A DNA stretch of 26,223 nucleotides from Campylobacterota bacterium (GCA_051746405.1 JBNJFB010000034.1:1-26223), one strand, 5' to 3'. Shown: positions 1 to 9,297, counted from the first letter of the stretch. Notes: generated by a model from the sequence alone, not told the origin. Numbers and translations are program-made.

Positions 1-527
1 CTATCTTTTGTATATCCAAGCTTTGAGTATGTGTTTGAATAAAAATCAAATGATATTTGACCTAAACTTGATGTCTCATTGCAAGATATCTCCACATCTT
101 TTATATTAAAGTTTTTTGATAAAAGTGTATATTTAGAGTCTTTACTATTTTCAGTACAGTAATTGTTTGCATAAATGTATTTATTTGTTAATGGGTCTTT
201 TAAAGTTTCAGCTCTGTTAATATGTCCTTTTGAATTCTTATCACTATAGATTGCATAATAAACTCCACCTACACTTTTTCTACATCTTTGAAATTTTATT
301 GTCCAGAGCTTTTTAAACCAACTGTTTTCATATTTTGAATTAAAAGATTCGGTTAATGCTTTATATCTAAGAAATTTCAATTGTAATACTATATTATTCT
401 TTAATTCAAATAGTTTACTATCATTTTTTTTAGGAATAAATGTATTATATAATATTGATAAAAGTACTATTACTATTAATAGCTCTAATATAATAAAACT
501 ATTTTGATAGTTTTTACTCTTTTTCAT
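1..527 (-). CDS. Pseudopilin / type II secretion or type IV pilin-like protein with prepilin-type N-terminus (partial, runs off window start)
   Basis: Not in the ORF track; translated by hand from ATG at 527: MKKSKNYQNSFIILELLIVIVLLSILYNTFIPK...WFKKLWTIKFQRCRKSVGGVYYAIYSD...KDPLTNKYIY... with no stop before position 1. A basic leader is followed by F-x-x-x-E and a hydrophobic helix, as in class III signal peptides. Overlaps the upstream gene by 14 nt. Confidence 0.75.
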   Translation of the reverse strand, partial: MKKSKNYQNSFIILELLIVIVLLSILYNTFIPKKNDSKLFELKNNIVLQLKFLRYKALTESFNSKYENSWFKKLWTIKFQRCRKSVGGVYYAIYSDKNSKGHINRAETLKDPLTNKYIYANNYCTENSKDSKYTLLSKNFNIKDVEISCNETSSLGQISFDFYSNTYSKLGYTKD

Positions 528-1716
528 ATAGATAGTACTTTTTTACATTTATACCATGGTAGTTTATATTTATTACTCTATAATTATCTTTTGTGAGTTT
601 ATAATCAGTCAATAAATATTTATTTCCTTCTTTTATCTCATAAAACCTTAATCTTAACTGCAATCTGTCATCATATGTATCTATATTTTCTATTTGTAAT
701 GATTTTAATACTTGTGATAACTCTTTTACAATATGATATTTGTAAGCAAAATGTTTTGTTGGGTCAGATAAAAAGAAGTATAAAGGTTTATTTACTACTG
801 TTAAGGTTGCATTTAATACTAGCATAAATAGTACTAATATAGCTATTATCTTGTGTTTAGTTCTAAATCTACTAAGACGAACTCTATATGAATGAAAGAA
901 ATGTTTAAGCATAAAAGGAAGAGATATAACAACATATGGTGCAAAATCTTCTATATATATCTTCTGCCTAAAAGATAATATTAAAGATAATAATAAAGCT
1001 GTTGTTGATATATACCAAATTAGTGTTTTTTCACCCTTTAATCCAACTTTATAAACTGCATAAATAAAATAGATAAATAGTAAAGGTGAAAATACTGTTG
1101 CATATATAGCAAAAGTATCTAGAAAATACCCTTTTGGTTTACCAATAGTCTCAAAACCATACAAAATTAATGAAAAAATGAAAAAAGATGATGAAAAGAT
1201 AAGAGTTTTCTTGTCATTATTATTCAATGAGTAAAATGCCATTGCTAAGTATAAAATAGCAAATGAATTATCTACAAATAAAAGAATTATCATTAGTAAA
1301 TAAGAGTAATCTTTTTTATATCTAAATAAGTATATATATAAAAGAGTAAAGAAAATTACAATTATTGAACTATTAACAAGAATAGAAGCACTTAAAACTC
1401 CAGGAAGTATCATAAATAAACTAATTGTAATTAACCTATCTTTTTTGTACTTAAAGTAGTTTTGCGTTAGTTTATACATTAATATTATGGACATTGCATA
1501 AAATATTATAAAGGGTAACCTAAGTGCTATATCATTTTGTCCAAATATATATAATGAAGCTTTTGTAATATAAGTTAATAAAGAGTTATTTTCAAATACA
1601 TTTAATGCCTCTTTATAAGAGATACTTAAAGTATTTGCTACATAAATAAGTATAAAAACTATAATAAATAGAAGTGAATAAAATATTATATTTTGTTTAT
1701 TCTCTTCTTTTATCAT
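514..1716 (-). CDS. Polytopic inner-membrane protein, probable GT-C fold glycosyltransferase (ArnT/PMT-like, GT39/GT83)
   Basis: 400 aa with many hydrophobic segments. The N-terminal TM helix is followed by SYKEA and FGQNDIALRLPF, which resemble the DE...FG.s..a.RLp signature of ArnT/PMT-family proteins. Confidence 0.55.
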   Translation of the reverse strand: MIKEENKQNIIFYSLLFIIVFILIYVANTLSISYKEALNVFENNSLLTYITKASLYIFGQNDIALRLPFIIFYAMSIILMYKLTQNYFKYKKDRLITISLFMILPGVLSASILVNSSIIVIFFTLLYIYLFRYKKDYSYLLMIILLFVDNSFAILYLAMAFYSLNNNDKKTLIFSSSFFIFSLILYGFETIGKPKGYFLDTFAIYATVFSPLLFIYFIYAVYKVGLKGEKTLIWYISTTALLLSLILSFRQKIYIEDFAPYVVISLPFMLKHFFHSYRVRLSRFRTKHKIIAILVLFMLVLNATLTVVNKPLYFFLSDPTKHFAYKYHIVKELSQVLKSLQIENIDTYDDRLQLRLRFYEIKEGNKYLLTDYKLTKDNYRVININYHGINVKKYYLYEKE

Positions 1717-1717
1717 T

Positions 1718-2287
1718 TTATAACCTTAAAAAATTGTTTAAAATCTCATGGCCATGCTCACTCATTATTGACTCAGGATGAAACTGCACTCCGTAAATAT
1801 CTTTATTCTCTATTTCTAAAGACATAATTTCATCATCATCTAAACTGTAGGATGTAACTATTATGTTTTTAGGAAGATTCTCTTTTTTTACAGTTAGAGA
1901 GTGATAACGAGTTTGAGTAAACTGTTGTGGCAAATCTTTAAAAATTTTTGTATCTTTTATCACCTTTATTTTAGATGTTTTACCATGCATCATATTTTTT
2001 GCTTTTATAACTTCTGCTTTAAAAACTTGTGCAATTGCTTGGTGTCCTAAACATATACCTAAAATCGGCACCTTATCTTGAAAAGAGCTTATAACATCTA
2101 AACAAATCCCAGCTTCATTTGGAGTAGCAGGTCCTGGAGAGATAATAATTTTCTCAGGATTCAAATTTTTAATCTCCTCTATGGTCATTTCATCATTTCT
2201 TATAATCTTCAAGTTTGCATTTAACTCTTTACAATACTGAACAATATTGTAAGTAAAACTATCATAATTATCAATCATTAAAATCAT
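1718..2287 (-). CDS. pabA: Glutamine amidotransferase, aminodeoxychorismate/anthranilate synthase component II (PabA/TrpG)
   Basis: Motifs MILMIDNYDSFTYN, ISPGP, GICLGHQ (catalytic Cys), RYHSL and GVQFHPES (His-Glu). Start corrected from 2398 to ATG 2287, the canonical N-terminus. pabA versus trpG cannot be resolved from sequence alone. Confidence 0.9.
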   Translation of the reverse strand: MILMIDNYDSFTYNIVQYCKELNANLKIIRNDEMTIEEIKNLNPEKIIISPGPATPNEAGICLDVISSFQDKVPILGICLGHQAIAQVFKAEVIKAKNMMHGKTSKIKVIKDTKIFKDLPQQFTQTRYHSLTVKKENLPKNIIVTSYSLDDDEIMSLEIENKDIYGVQFHPESIMSEHGHEILNNFLRL

Positions 2288-2388
2288 ATCTATTCTTATC
2301 CTTAATATAAATAGTTTATTATATCTTAGTTTCACTATTATTTGTATAAATGTAATTATAAGATTTCTTTTTTTATTAAATATAAATT

Positions 2389-2403
2389 TGATAATCATTC
2401 TTA
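2389..2403. promoter_or_regulatory. Putative Fur box (distal)
   Basis: TGATAAT-C-ATTCTTA matches 12 of 14 positions of the 7-1-7 consensus TGATAAT-N-ATTATCA; lies upstream of an iron ABC transporter. Confidence 0.6.
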
Positions 2404-2433
2404 CTATTAAGTGTAATTAAAGTTTAAAGTCAT

Positions 2434-2439
2434 TATAAT
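2434..2439 (+). promoter_or_regulatory. Putative sigma70 -10 element of the Fe3+ ABC operon
   Basis: Perfect TATAAT ending 38 nt before the fbpA ATG; RBS AAGGA at 2466-2470. Confidence 0.5.
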
Positions 2440-2441
2440 TT

Positions 2442-2456
2442 CGATAACTATTATCA
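2442..2456. promoter_or_regulatory. Putative Fur box (proximal, over the predicted transcription start)
   Basis: CGATAAC-T-ATTATCA matches 12 of 14 positions of the 7-1-7 consensus, immediately downstream of the TATAAT. Confidence 0.7.
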
Positions 2457-2477
2457 ATACAATAAAAGGAAAAAATT

Positions 2478-3485
2478 ATGCTTAAAAAAATCGCCTTAGG
2501 AACTTTAGTATTTGCAAGCTCTGTTTTCGCAGCTAGTGAAGTTAATGTTTACTCACATAGACACTATGACACAGACAAAGAGCTGTTTAAGATGTTTGAA
2601 GAAAAAACAGGAGTAAAAGTTAATGTAGTAAAAGCTAAAGCTTCTGCACTTATTAAAAGAATTGAGAGCGAGGGGACTAAATCACCTGCAGATGTTTTAA
2701 TTACAGTTGATGCAGGAAGATTATACCAAGCAAAACAGAAAGATATTTTGCAACCAATTAAATCAAATTATCTTTTAGAGACAATACCAAAAAATCTAAG
2801 AGATAAAGATAATCAATGGTTTGCATTAACTAAAAGAGCTAGAGTTGCTGTAGTTAGAAAAGATTCTAATATAGATGAAAAGTTATCAACATATGAAGAG
2901 TTAGCTGATCCTAAATTTAAGGGTCAAATCATGGTTAGATCATCAAACAATATTTATAATCAATCACTAATGGCTGCAATGATTGCTCATCATGGAGAAG
3001 AGTACGCTTTAAAATGGGCTAAGGGTGTTGTTGCAAATATGACAACTAGTCCAAAAGGAAACGATAGGTACCAGGTTAAAGCTGTAGCTAACAAAATAGG
3101 TTCTATTGCTATAGCAAACACATATTATGTTGGAAAAATGGTTCATAATAAAGATGCATCTCAAAGAGAGTCTGTAAAAAAAGTAAAAATTGTTTTTCCA
3201 GAGTTTAAAAATGGTGGAACACACATAAATGTATCAGGAGCAGGTGTAGCAAAATATGCACCAAATAAAGATAATGCAATAAAATTTATAGAGTTTCTAG
3301 CATCAAAAGATGCACAAAAACTGTTTGCAAAAGGAAATTATGAGTACCCAGTTCTTGATAGTGTAGAGCCATCAAAACTTGTTTCATCTTGGGGTCAGTT
3401 TAAAGATGATAATATTTCAATTAATATTTTAGGACAAAATAACGAAGCTGCTGTTAAGGTATTTGACAAAGCGGGTTGGAAGTAA
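2478..3485 (+). CDS. fbpA: Fe(III) ABC transporter periplasmic binding protein (FutA/FbpA family)
   Basis: Signal peptide MLKKIALG...VFA; YSHRHY, SPADVLITVDAGRL, SSNNIYNQSL and ANTYY motifs give the His plus four Tyr ligand set of FutA-type proteins. Confidence 0.93.
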   Translation: MLKKIALGTLVFASSVFAASEVNVYSHRHYDTDKELFKMFEEKTGVKVNVVKAKASALIKRIESEGTKSPADVLITVDAGRLYQAKQKDILQPIKSNYLLETIPKNLRDKDNQWFALTKRARVAVVRKDSNIDEKLSTYEELADPKFKGQIMVRSSNNIYNQSLMAAMIAHHGEEYALKWAKGVVANMTTSPKGNDRYQVKAVANKIGSIAIANTYYVGKMVHNKDASQRESVKKVKIVFPEFKNGGTHINVSGAGVAKYAPNKDNAIKFIEFLASKDAQKLFAKGNYEYPVLDSVEPSKLVSSWGQFKDDNISINILGQNNEAAVKVFDKAGWK

Positions 3486-3491
3486 GGCTAA

Positions 3492-5096
3492 TTGATTAAA
3501 CATTTATCAAAGTTAAAAATAAGTAGTGTTTTTTTGACACTACTTATTAGTGCACCAGCATTAATAATATTTCTTTATCTATTTTCTGATTCTAGTTCAA
3601 ACTGGGAGCATTTAAAAAACACTTTACTTTATGATTATATATTTAATTCCCTCTACATAATGTTTGGAGTTGGTATATTAACGGGTATCATTGGATTTAC
3701 AACTGCATACTTAACCTCTTTATATAGTTTTAGTTTCTCAAGATTTTTTCACTATGGTTTAATTTTACCATTTGCAATTCCCACTTATATAATGGCTTTT
3801 ATTTATGGTGGAATGTTTAATATTACAGGAACAGTAACTACATTTATACTTGATATACTAGACAAAGACTTAAGTGAAGTTGTTTTCTTTGATATTATGT
3901 CAATTGAAGGTGCTATAATAGTAATGTCTTTAGTACTTTACCCTTATGTATACTTACTTTGTAAAACTTATATATCTTTTGAGTCTTCTTCAATAGTAGA
4001 TGCAGCAAAAACTTTCAACTTATCATCATGGCAAATTTTAAGAAAAGTAATTATTCCTATATCAAGACCTGCTTTAGTTGCAGGAATCACCTTAGCTGTA
4101 ATGGAAGCTGTATCTGATTTTGGTGTTGTTGATTATTTTGGAATAAGCACTTTTGTAACAGGTATTTTTAGAACATGGTTTGGAATGGGAAGTGTTGAAG
4201 ATGCTGCAAAATTAGCAAGTTTACTTATGACTTTTATTTTTATTATTATTATACTAGAAAGACTTCAAAGAAGAAATAGAGTCTATAAAAGCTCTGGTAA
4301 GGATTTTAAACCTATAGAAAAAATTGAACTTAAAGGCATGAAAAACTTTTTAGCATCTTTTACTTGCTTTATTCCTTTTTTCTTTGGGTTTATTTTGCCA
4401 TTTGTACAATTAGTTTATTGGTTTTATTTATCATATGAGGATACATTAGATGAATCTTTTATAGAACTTTTATATCAAACTGTAAGTTTGGCTTTAGTTT
4501 CAGCTACTATTATAACCACTCTTGCATTAGTTTTTGTATACAATTCAAGGGTAAATAAAGACAAAACATCTTCTACTCTTAATCAGATTGCAAAGATGGG
4601 ATACTCTATACCTGGAGCTGTTGTAGCTGTAGGGATATTATCATTTTTCTCTATTTTAGATAAGTATGTAATTGATTTAGTAACCTCTGATATGATAATA
4701 TCAGGTTCAATTATTGCTGTTGTTTTTGGTTATTGTGTTAGATTTCTTGCTATTTCTATTAATAACTTTGAATCAGGTTTTTCAAGGATACCATCATCTT
4801 ATGATGATGCTGCTAAGATTTTTAATATAGGTGATGTTAAGACATTTTTTAAAATCTATCTACCACTTATAAAAAACTCGGCTTTTTCTGCTTTTATTGT
4901 TATATTTATTGAAGTTGTAAAAGAGCTACCATTGACAATGATTTTAAGACCATTTAATTTTGATACTTTAGCAGTAAGGGCTTTGGAGCTTACCAATCAA
5001 GCTCAAATTATAGAGTCTTCAGTACCCTCTATGTTTATAATCTTATTAGGATTAGTATCTGTTATTTTACTTGCAAAAAATATGAATAAGGCATAA
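3492..5096 (+). CDS. fbpB: Fe(III) ABC transporter permease (two fused TM domains)
   Basis: 534 aa, TTG start. Two EAA-like loops (SIVDAAKTFN, SYDDAAKIFN); LPFAIPTYI and KELPLTMILRPFNFDTLA motifs typical of FbpB/FutB. Confidence 0.92.
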   Translation: MIKHLSKLKISSVFLTLLISAPALIIFLYLFSDSSSNWEHLKNTLLYDYIFNSLYIMFGVGILTGIIGFTTAYLTSLYSFSFSRFFHYGLILPFAIPTYIMAFIYGGMFNITGTVTTFILDILDKDLSEVVFFDIMSIEGAIIVMSLVLYPYVYLLCKTYISFESSSIVDAAKTFNLSSWQILRKVIIPISRPALVAGITLAVMEAVSDFGVVDYFGISTFVTGIFRTWFGMGSVEDAAKLASLLMTFIFIIIILERLQRRNRVYKSSGKDFKPIEKIELKGMKNFLASFTCFIPFFFGFILPFVQLVYWFYLSYEDTLDESFIELLYQTVSLALVSATIITTLALVFVYNSRVNKDKTSSTLNQIAKMGYSIPGAVVAVGILSFFSILDKYVIDLVTSDMIISGSIIAVVFGYCVRFLAISINNFESGFSRIPSSYDDAAKIFNIGDVKTFFKIYLPLIKNSAFSAFIVIFIEVVKELPLTMILRPFNFDTLAVRALELTNQAQIIESSVPSMFIILLGLVSVILLAKNMNKA

Positions 5097-5097
5097 A

Positions 5098-6105
5098 ATG
5101 ATTAGTATAAATAATTTTTCAATTTCATTTTCTAAAACATTAATTTTAGAAGATATCTCTTTTGATGTTCAAAAAGGCGAGATAGTAACACTTCTTGGGA
5201 AAAGTGGTTGTGGTAAAACTACTGTATTAAGAGCAATTGCAGGCTTACAAAGACATCATGAAGGAAATATATGTATAGGACAGGAGTGTGTCTCTTCAGA
5301 TAATGTTTTTAAACAAAATAGAGAGGTTGGATATATTTTCCAAGATTATGCACTATTTCCTCACTTAAATGTTCAAGAAAATATTGGTTTTCCACTTGAT
5401 AACTTAACTAAAAAAGATAAAGAAAATAGAGTTGATGAACTTCTAATACAGTTTGATATCAAAGAACATTCAAAAAAACAGATTCATCAATTATCAGGTG
5501 GGCAACAACAAAGAGTAGCAATAGCAAGAGCAATGGCAAATAAACCAAAAATTTTACTGCTAGATGAGCCTTTTGCAAATCTTGATACACATTTAAGAAA
5601 TAAGACTAAAACATGGTTAAAAAAACTTATAAAAGATAATGATTTAAGTGCTATTTTAGTTACCCATGATAAGAAAGAAGCTTTAAATATTTCTGATAAA
5701 ATAGGAATTATAAATAATAAAAAACTACTTCAATTTGATAATACTCATGAAGTTTTTAATAATCCTAAGAACTTCTATGTAGCAAATTTTCTATCAGATA
5801 TTAATATTTTACCAAAAGAGATTTCCAATGAACTGGGCATAAAATATAATGAAGAGTACATTGCTATTTTTAAAACAAAAGATTGTTTAATAACTCAAGA
5901 AAAAAAGCCTCATATTTTCGAAATAGATGTTGTTGATAAATCTTACTGTGGTGACTATTATGAAGTTTTATTTAAATTTAAGAACCTACAGAACAATAAT
6001 CAAGAACTTATTCAACTTGATTGTGTAAATATAGATTTTATTGATAATGAGCATAAACTATATTTGGACATTAACGCACAACATGTAAAAACTGTAAAAA
6101 AATAG
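5098..6105 (+). CDS. fbpC: Fe(III) ABC transporter ATP-binding protein
   Basis: Walker A GKSGCGKT, Q-loop FQDYALFPHL, signature LSGGQQQR, Walker B LLLDEPF, H-loop VTHD. Confidence 0.9.
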   Translation: MISINNFSISFSKTLILEDISFDVQKGEIVTLLGKSGCGKTTVLRAIAGLQRHHEGNICIGQECVSSDNVFKQNREVGYIFQDYALFPHLNVQENIGFPLDNLTKKDKENRVDELLIQFDIKEHSKKQIHQLSGGQQQRVAIARAMANKPKILLLDEPFANLDTHLRNKTKTWLKKLIKDNDLSAILVTHDKKEALNISDKIGIINNKKLLQFDNTHEVFNNPKNFYVANFLSDINILPKEISNELGIKYNEEYIAIFKTKDCLITQEKKPHIFEIDVVDKSYCGDYYEVLFKFKNLQNNNQELIQLDCVNIDFIDNEHKLYLDINAQHVKTVKK

Positions 6106-6113
6106 AGTAGTTT

Positions 6114-6136
6114 TACAAAGAGACAAGCTCTTTGTA
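6114..6136. terminator. Hairpin between the convergent fbpC and UbiD-family genes (possible bidirectional terminator)
   Basis: TACAAAGAG-ACAAG-CTCTTTGTA: perfect 9-bp stem with a 5-nt loop in the 32-nt convergent gap. U-tracts are weak. Confidence 0.55.
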
Positions 6137-6137
6137 T

Positions 6138-7952
6138 CTATATTTGATATTTTTTTATAAACTCTTCATCTACATCTATCAGTTTTCTTTGTTTTAAATC
6201 TTCAATAACCTCTTTATTACAATTCACATCATCTGGCCATCTTCTTTTAAAGTTATCAAGACTGTTTTTATTTGTACCATCTAAACAAGCAATATTATCT
6301 TTTAGATATAAATCCCTATTTGAGTCTATATTATTAACTACTCTCCAAATCAACATATATGGATTATCCACATCATTTTGATTCCCATGATCAATTATAA
6401 TTAGAAGTTTCATATGCTTATAGACAGGTTGTAATATTTCAAATAACTCTTTTTGATTTCTAATTTTACTTACACTTATTACTGTTACAGGATTTTTTGT
6501 ATCTTTATAGTATTGTTTTAAATCTTTAACTTCATCAGTGATTTTTCTAATTTTTGATAGTAACTCTTCATCACTAATTAATTGAGCATTTAAAGACTCA
6601 ATTTCATCACCTGTGCAATCAAGTCCTAACTTTCCACCAACTGCAAACTTTGGTGAAGAGTGATCAAGTGCATCAACTACACCCTTTGAAATCATTAAAT
6701 CCTCAATATCAATTCTATTTAAAATATATTTAGTAAGCTTATCATAATCTTCTAAATCAGGTGCATCTTCATTTACAAAAATTGCATGTTTTACAAAACT
6801 CATTTGCCCTACTCCCCAAAATGCATGCATCATTTGTTGAGCATGACCTGGATATAGTGTTTTGATTTTTGCAATAATCAAGTTGTGAAATACTCCATTT
6901 TCAGGCATATAATAATCTATCAAATCAGGTGCAGTTGTTTTTAGTAGAGGTAAAAAAATTCGCTCTGTTGCATATCCCATATATTTATCTTCAAGTGGTG
7001 GTTTTCCAACAACTGTTGCTAAATATGTAGGTTTTTTCTTATGGGTTATTGCAGTTACCTCCATAAAAGGATACTCCTCTTCTAAAGTATAATATCCTGT
7101 ATGATCACCAAAAGGACCTTCTATTTTCATCTTTGAAGTGTCCACAAAACCTTCAATAACAAAATCATTATCCCTAGGTGTATAAATATCATTTGTTATA
7201 GACTTTACTAACTGTGCATTTTTGTTTTTAACAAAACCATATAACATTAACTCAAATATTCCAATAGGCAATGGTGCTTGCCCACACCAAATATACATAG
7301 GATCTCCACCTATACCAATAGAAACCGGCATTTTCTTTCCTGCTTTTTTATACTCATGGAAAAAGTGATTTGAGTCTTTATGTATTTGCCAGTGTAAGCC
7401 TAAGGTATGATCATCAAAAACTTGTAATCTATACATACCTAAGTTTTTCATCTCTCCATTAAGTGAAGTTGTATAAACTTGCCCCATTGTAATAAAAGGA
7501 CCCCCATCTTGCTCCCATGTTGTAAGGACAGGGAGTTCTGAAAGTTTTGCATCTGCTCCTAATTTTACAACCTCTTGACACTCACCTTTTTTATTTATCT
7601 TTTTAGGAATAGTATTTTTTAAAGCAAAAAGCTTTCCAAATGTTGATAGCTTTTCACTAAATGATGTTGGTGGCTTCATTTTTAGTAGTGACTCTATTTC
7701 ATTAGCTATTTTATTAGCATCTCCAATAAAAAGCTTTACAGCCTCATCATTACAAAATACATTCATTAAAATAGGTACATCAAACTTTTTATTATTTCTT
7801 TTATCTACAGGGTTTGTAAAAAGTATTGCTTTAGAGTTCTCTTTTTTTATTTCCACATATGCTATGTGGGGTATTTCCAAGTAAATATCTAACTCTTCAT
7901 CAATCTGTTTTAATAATCCATTCTCTTTTAATATCTTTATTGCTTTTTCCAT
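6138..7952 (-). CDS. ubiD: UbiD-family prFMN-dependent decarboxylase, probable menaquinone biosynthesis decarboxylase (futalosine pathway)
   Basis: Motifs DGGPFIT, NLGMYRLQ, EGPFGDHTGYY, VGKPPLED and DALDHS; 604 aa with a C-terminal extension. Confidence 0.88.
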   Translation of the reverse strand: MEKAIKILKENGLLKQIDEELDIYLEIPHIAYVEIKKENSKAILFTNPVDKRNNKKFDVPILMNVFCNDEAVKLFIGDANKIANEIESLLKMKPPTSFSEKLSTFGKLFALKNTIPKKINKKGECQEVVKLGADAKLSELPVLTTWEQDGGPFITMGQVYTTSLNGEMKNLGMYRLQVFDDHTLGLHWQIHKDSNHFFHEYKKAGKKMPVSIGIGGDPMYIWCGQAPLPIGIFELMLYGFVKNKNAQLVKSITNDIYTPRDNDFVIEGFVDTSKMKIEGPFGDHTGYYTLEEEYPFMEVTAITHKKKPTYLATVVGKPPLEDKYMGYATERIFLPLLKTTAPDLIDYYMPENGVFHNLIIAKIKTLYPGHAQQMMHAFWGVGQMSFVKHAIFVNEDAPDLEDYDKLTKYILNRIDIEDLMISKGVVDALDHSSPKFAVGGKLGLDCTGDEIESLNAQLISDEELLSKIRKITDEVKDLKQYYKDTKNPVTVISVSKIRNQKELFEILQPVYKHMKLLIIIDHGNQNDVDNPYMLIWRVVNNIDSNRDLYLKDNIACLDGTNKNSLDNFKRRWPDDVNCNKEVIEDLKQRKLIDVDEEFIKKYQI

Positions 7953-8029
7953 TTTGAATAACCTTATAATTAGTATAAATCTTATATCATTTTATCAATA
8001 AAATATAGTTTATAATAGAGGTTTTATAT

Positions 8030-9190
8030 ATGATTTATAATTTTGATGAGAAAATAGATAGAAAAAATACAAATTGTGAAAAACATGATGCTTTAAAAAA
8101 AGTATTTGGTTATGAAGATTTACAAGGTATGTGGGTTGCAGATATGGACTTTAAAACACCAAAGTTTATAAATGAAGAGATAATAAAAGCAAGCCAGCAC
8201 TCAATATATGGCTACTCATTTCAAAGTGATGCTTTAATAAACTCAATAATTAACTGGCAAAAAAACAGACATAATTTTGATATAAAAAAAGAAGAGCTTT
8301 TTTTAACCAATGGAGTTGTTCCCTCATATTCTGCTTGTATTGAAGCACTATGTCAAGATGATGACGATGAGATAATTGTGCAAACTCCTGTTTATCCACC
8401 ACTTTTAAAGTTTGTAGAACTAAACAATAAAAAATTAGTTTTAAATGAGTTAATAAATGATAATGGTTATTTCAAAATTGATTATGAAGACTTAGAGAAT
8501 AAAATCACAAATAAAACAAAAGCTTTATGTCTTTGTTCACCTCATAACCCTGTGGGTAGAGTTTGGAGCAAAGATGAGCTAAAAAAGCTTGGTGATATCA
8601 GTTTAAAGCATAATATAAAAATAATATCTGATGAGATTCACTCTGATATAACTTTTAAAAAATTTATCCCAATGGCAACGGTAAGTGAAGATATAGCAGA
8701 TATAACAATCACCTTAAACTCTGCAGGGAAAAGTTTCAATATTGCAGGACTAAATAGCTCATATGTAATCTCTAAAAACAGAGATTTATTAAATAAGTTT
8801 AAAAAAGTTGCTAAAAAAAGACAAATAAACTCAATAAACTACTTTGGGCTTGTAGCTACAAAAGCTGCATACGAACAAGGGGATAGCTTTATTGACCAAT
8901 TAAATAGCTATTTAAAAGCAAATATAGAGTTTACAAAAGAGTATATTCAAAAAAATAATTCAAAAATTAAATTTTATATGCCTGATGCTACATATCTATT
9001 ATGGTTAGATTTCAATGAAACAAATCTAACTCATAAGCAAATAAGGCAAAAACTTTTAAAAGATGCAAAGGTTGGCTTAAATGATGGCGTTTCTTTTAGT
9101 AACACAGCAAAAGGCTTTTTCAGACTAAATGTGGCACTAGACAGGGATAGTCTTAAAAAAGGCTTAGAAAAAATATGTTACGCTTTTTAA
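8030..9190 (+). CDS. patB: PLP-dependent C-S lyase / cystathionine beta-lyase, MalY/PatB family
   Basis: MWVADMDF, YGY, LCSPHNPVGRVW, SDEIHSD, GKSFNIAGL (PLP Lys) and ATYLLWLDF motifs. Confidence 0.88.
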   Translation: MIYNFDEKIDRKNTNCEKHDALKKVFGYEDLQGMWVADMDFKTPKFINEEIIKASQHSIYGYSFQSDALINSIINWQKNRHNFDIKKEELFLTNGVVPSYSACIEALCQDDDDEIIVQTPVYPPLLKFVELNNKKLVLNELINDNGYFKIDYEDLENKITNKTKALCLCSPHNPVGRVWSKDELKKLGDISLKHNIKIISDEIHSDITFKKFIPMATVSEDIADITITLNSAGKSFNIAGLNSSYVISKNRDLLNKFKKVAKKRQINSINYFGLVATKAAYEQGDSFIDQLNSYLKANIEFTKEYIQKNNSKIKFYMPDATYLLWLDFNETNLTHKQIRQKLLKDAKVGLNDGVSFSNTAKGFFRLNVALDRDSLKKGLEKICYAF

Positions 9191-9272
9191 CAATGTTATA
9201 AAATTAAAGTATTACCTTTTTTCTCACTGTACTAATTAAAAAAAATTAAAAAGGTAAAAAACTTCAATACTA

Positions 9273-9297
9273 TTTCAAATTTGTGTACAATTTGAAA
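9273..9297. promoter_or_regulatory. Palindromic operator-like site overlapping a candidate -10 (TACAAT 9286-9291) of the nuo operon
   Basis: TTTCAAATT-TGTGTAC-AATTTGAAA is a perfect 9-7-9 inverted repeat ending 23 nt before the nuoA ATG; RBS AGGA at 9311-9314. Confidence 0.45.

Noticed and set aside
424..431. Poly-T/A tracts of about 8 nt (also near 9238-9245 and 14851-14858) as phase-variation sites
   Set aside because: Expected by chance in an AT-rich genome; Campylobacterota contingency loci are typically poly-G/C, and no long G/C tract was seen.
2288..2398. 37-aa N-terminal extension of PabA/TrpG in the ORF track
   Set aside because: AT-rich intergenic sequence overlapping a Fur-box-like site; the family begins at MILMIDNYDSF (2287).
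7953..8029. TATAAT hexamers in the ubiD/patB divergent gap (7965-7970, 8011-8016)
   Set aside because: Promoters must exist here, but the AT-rich sequence does not allow a confident assignment, and the second hexamer is too close to the RBS.
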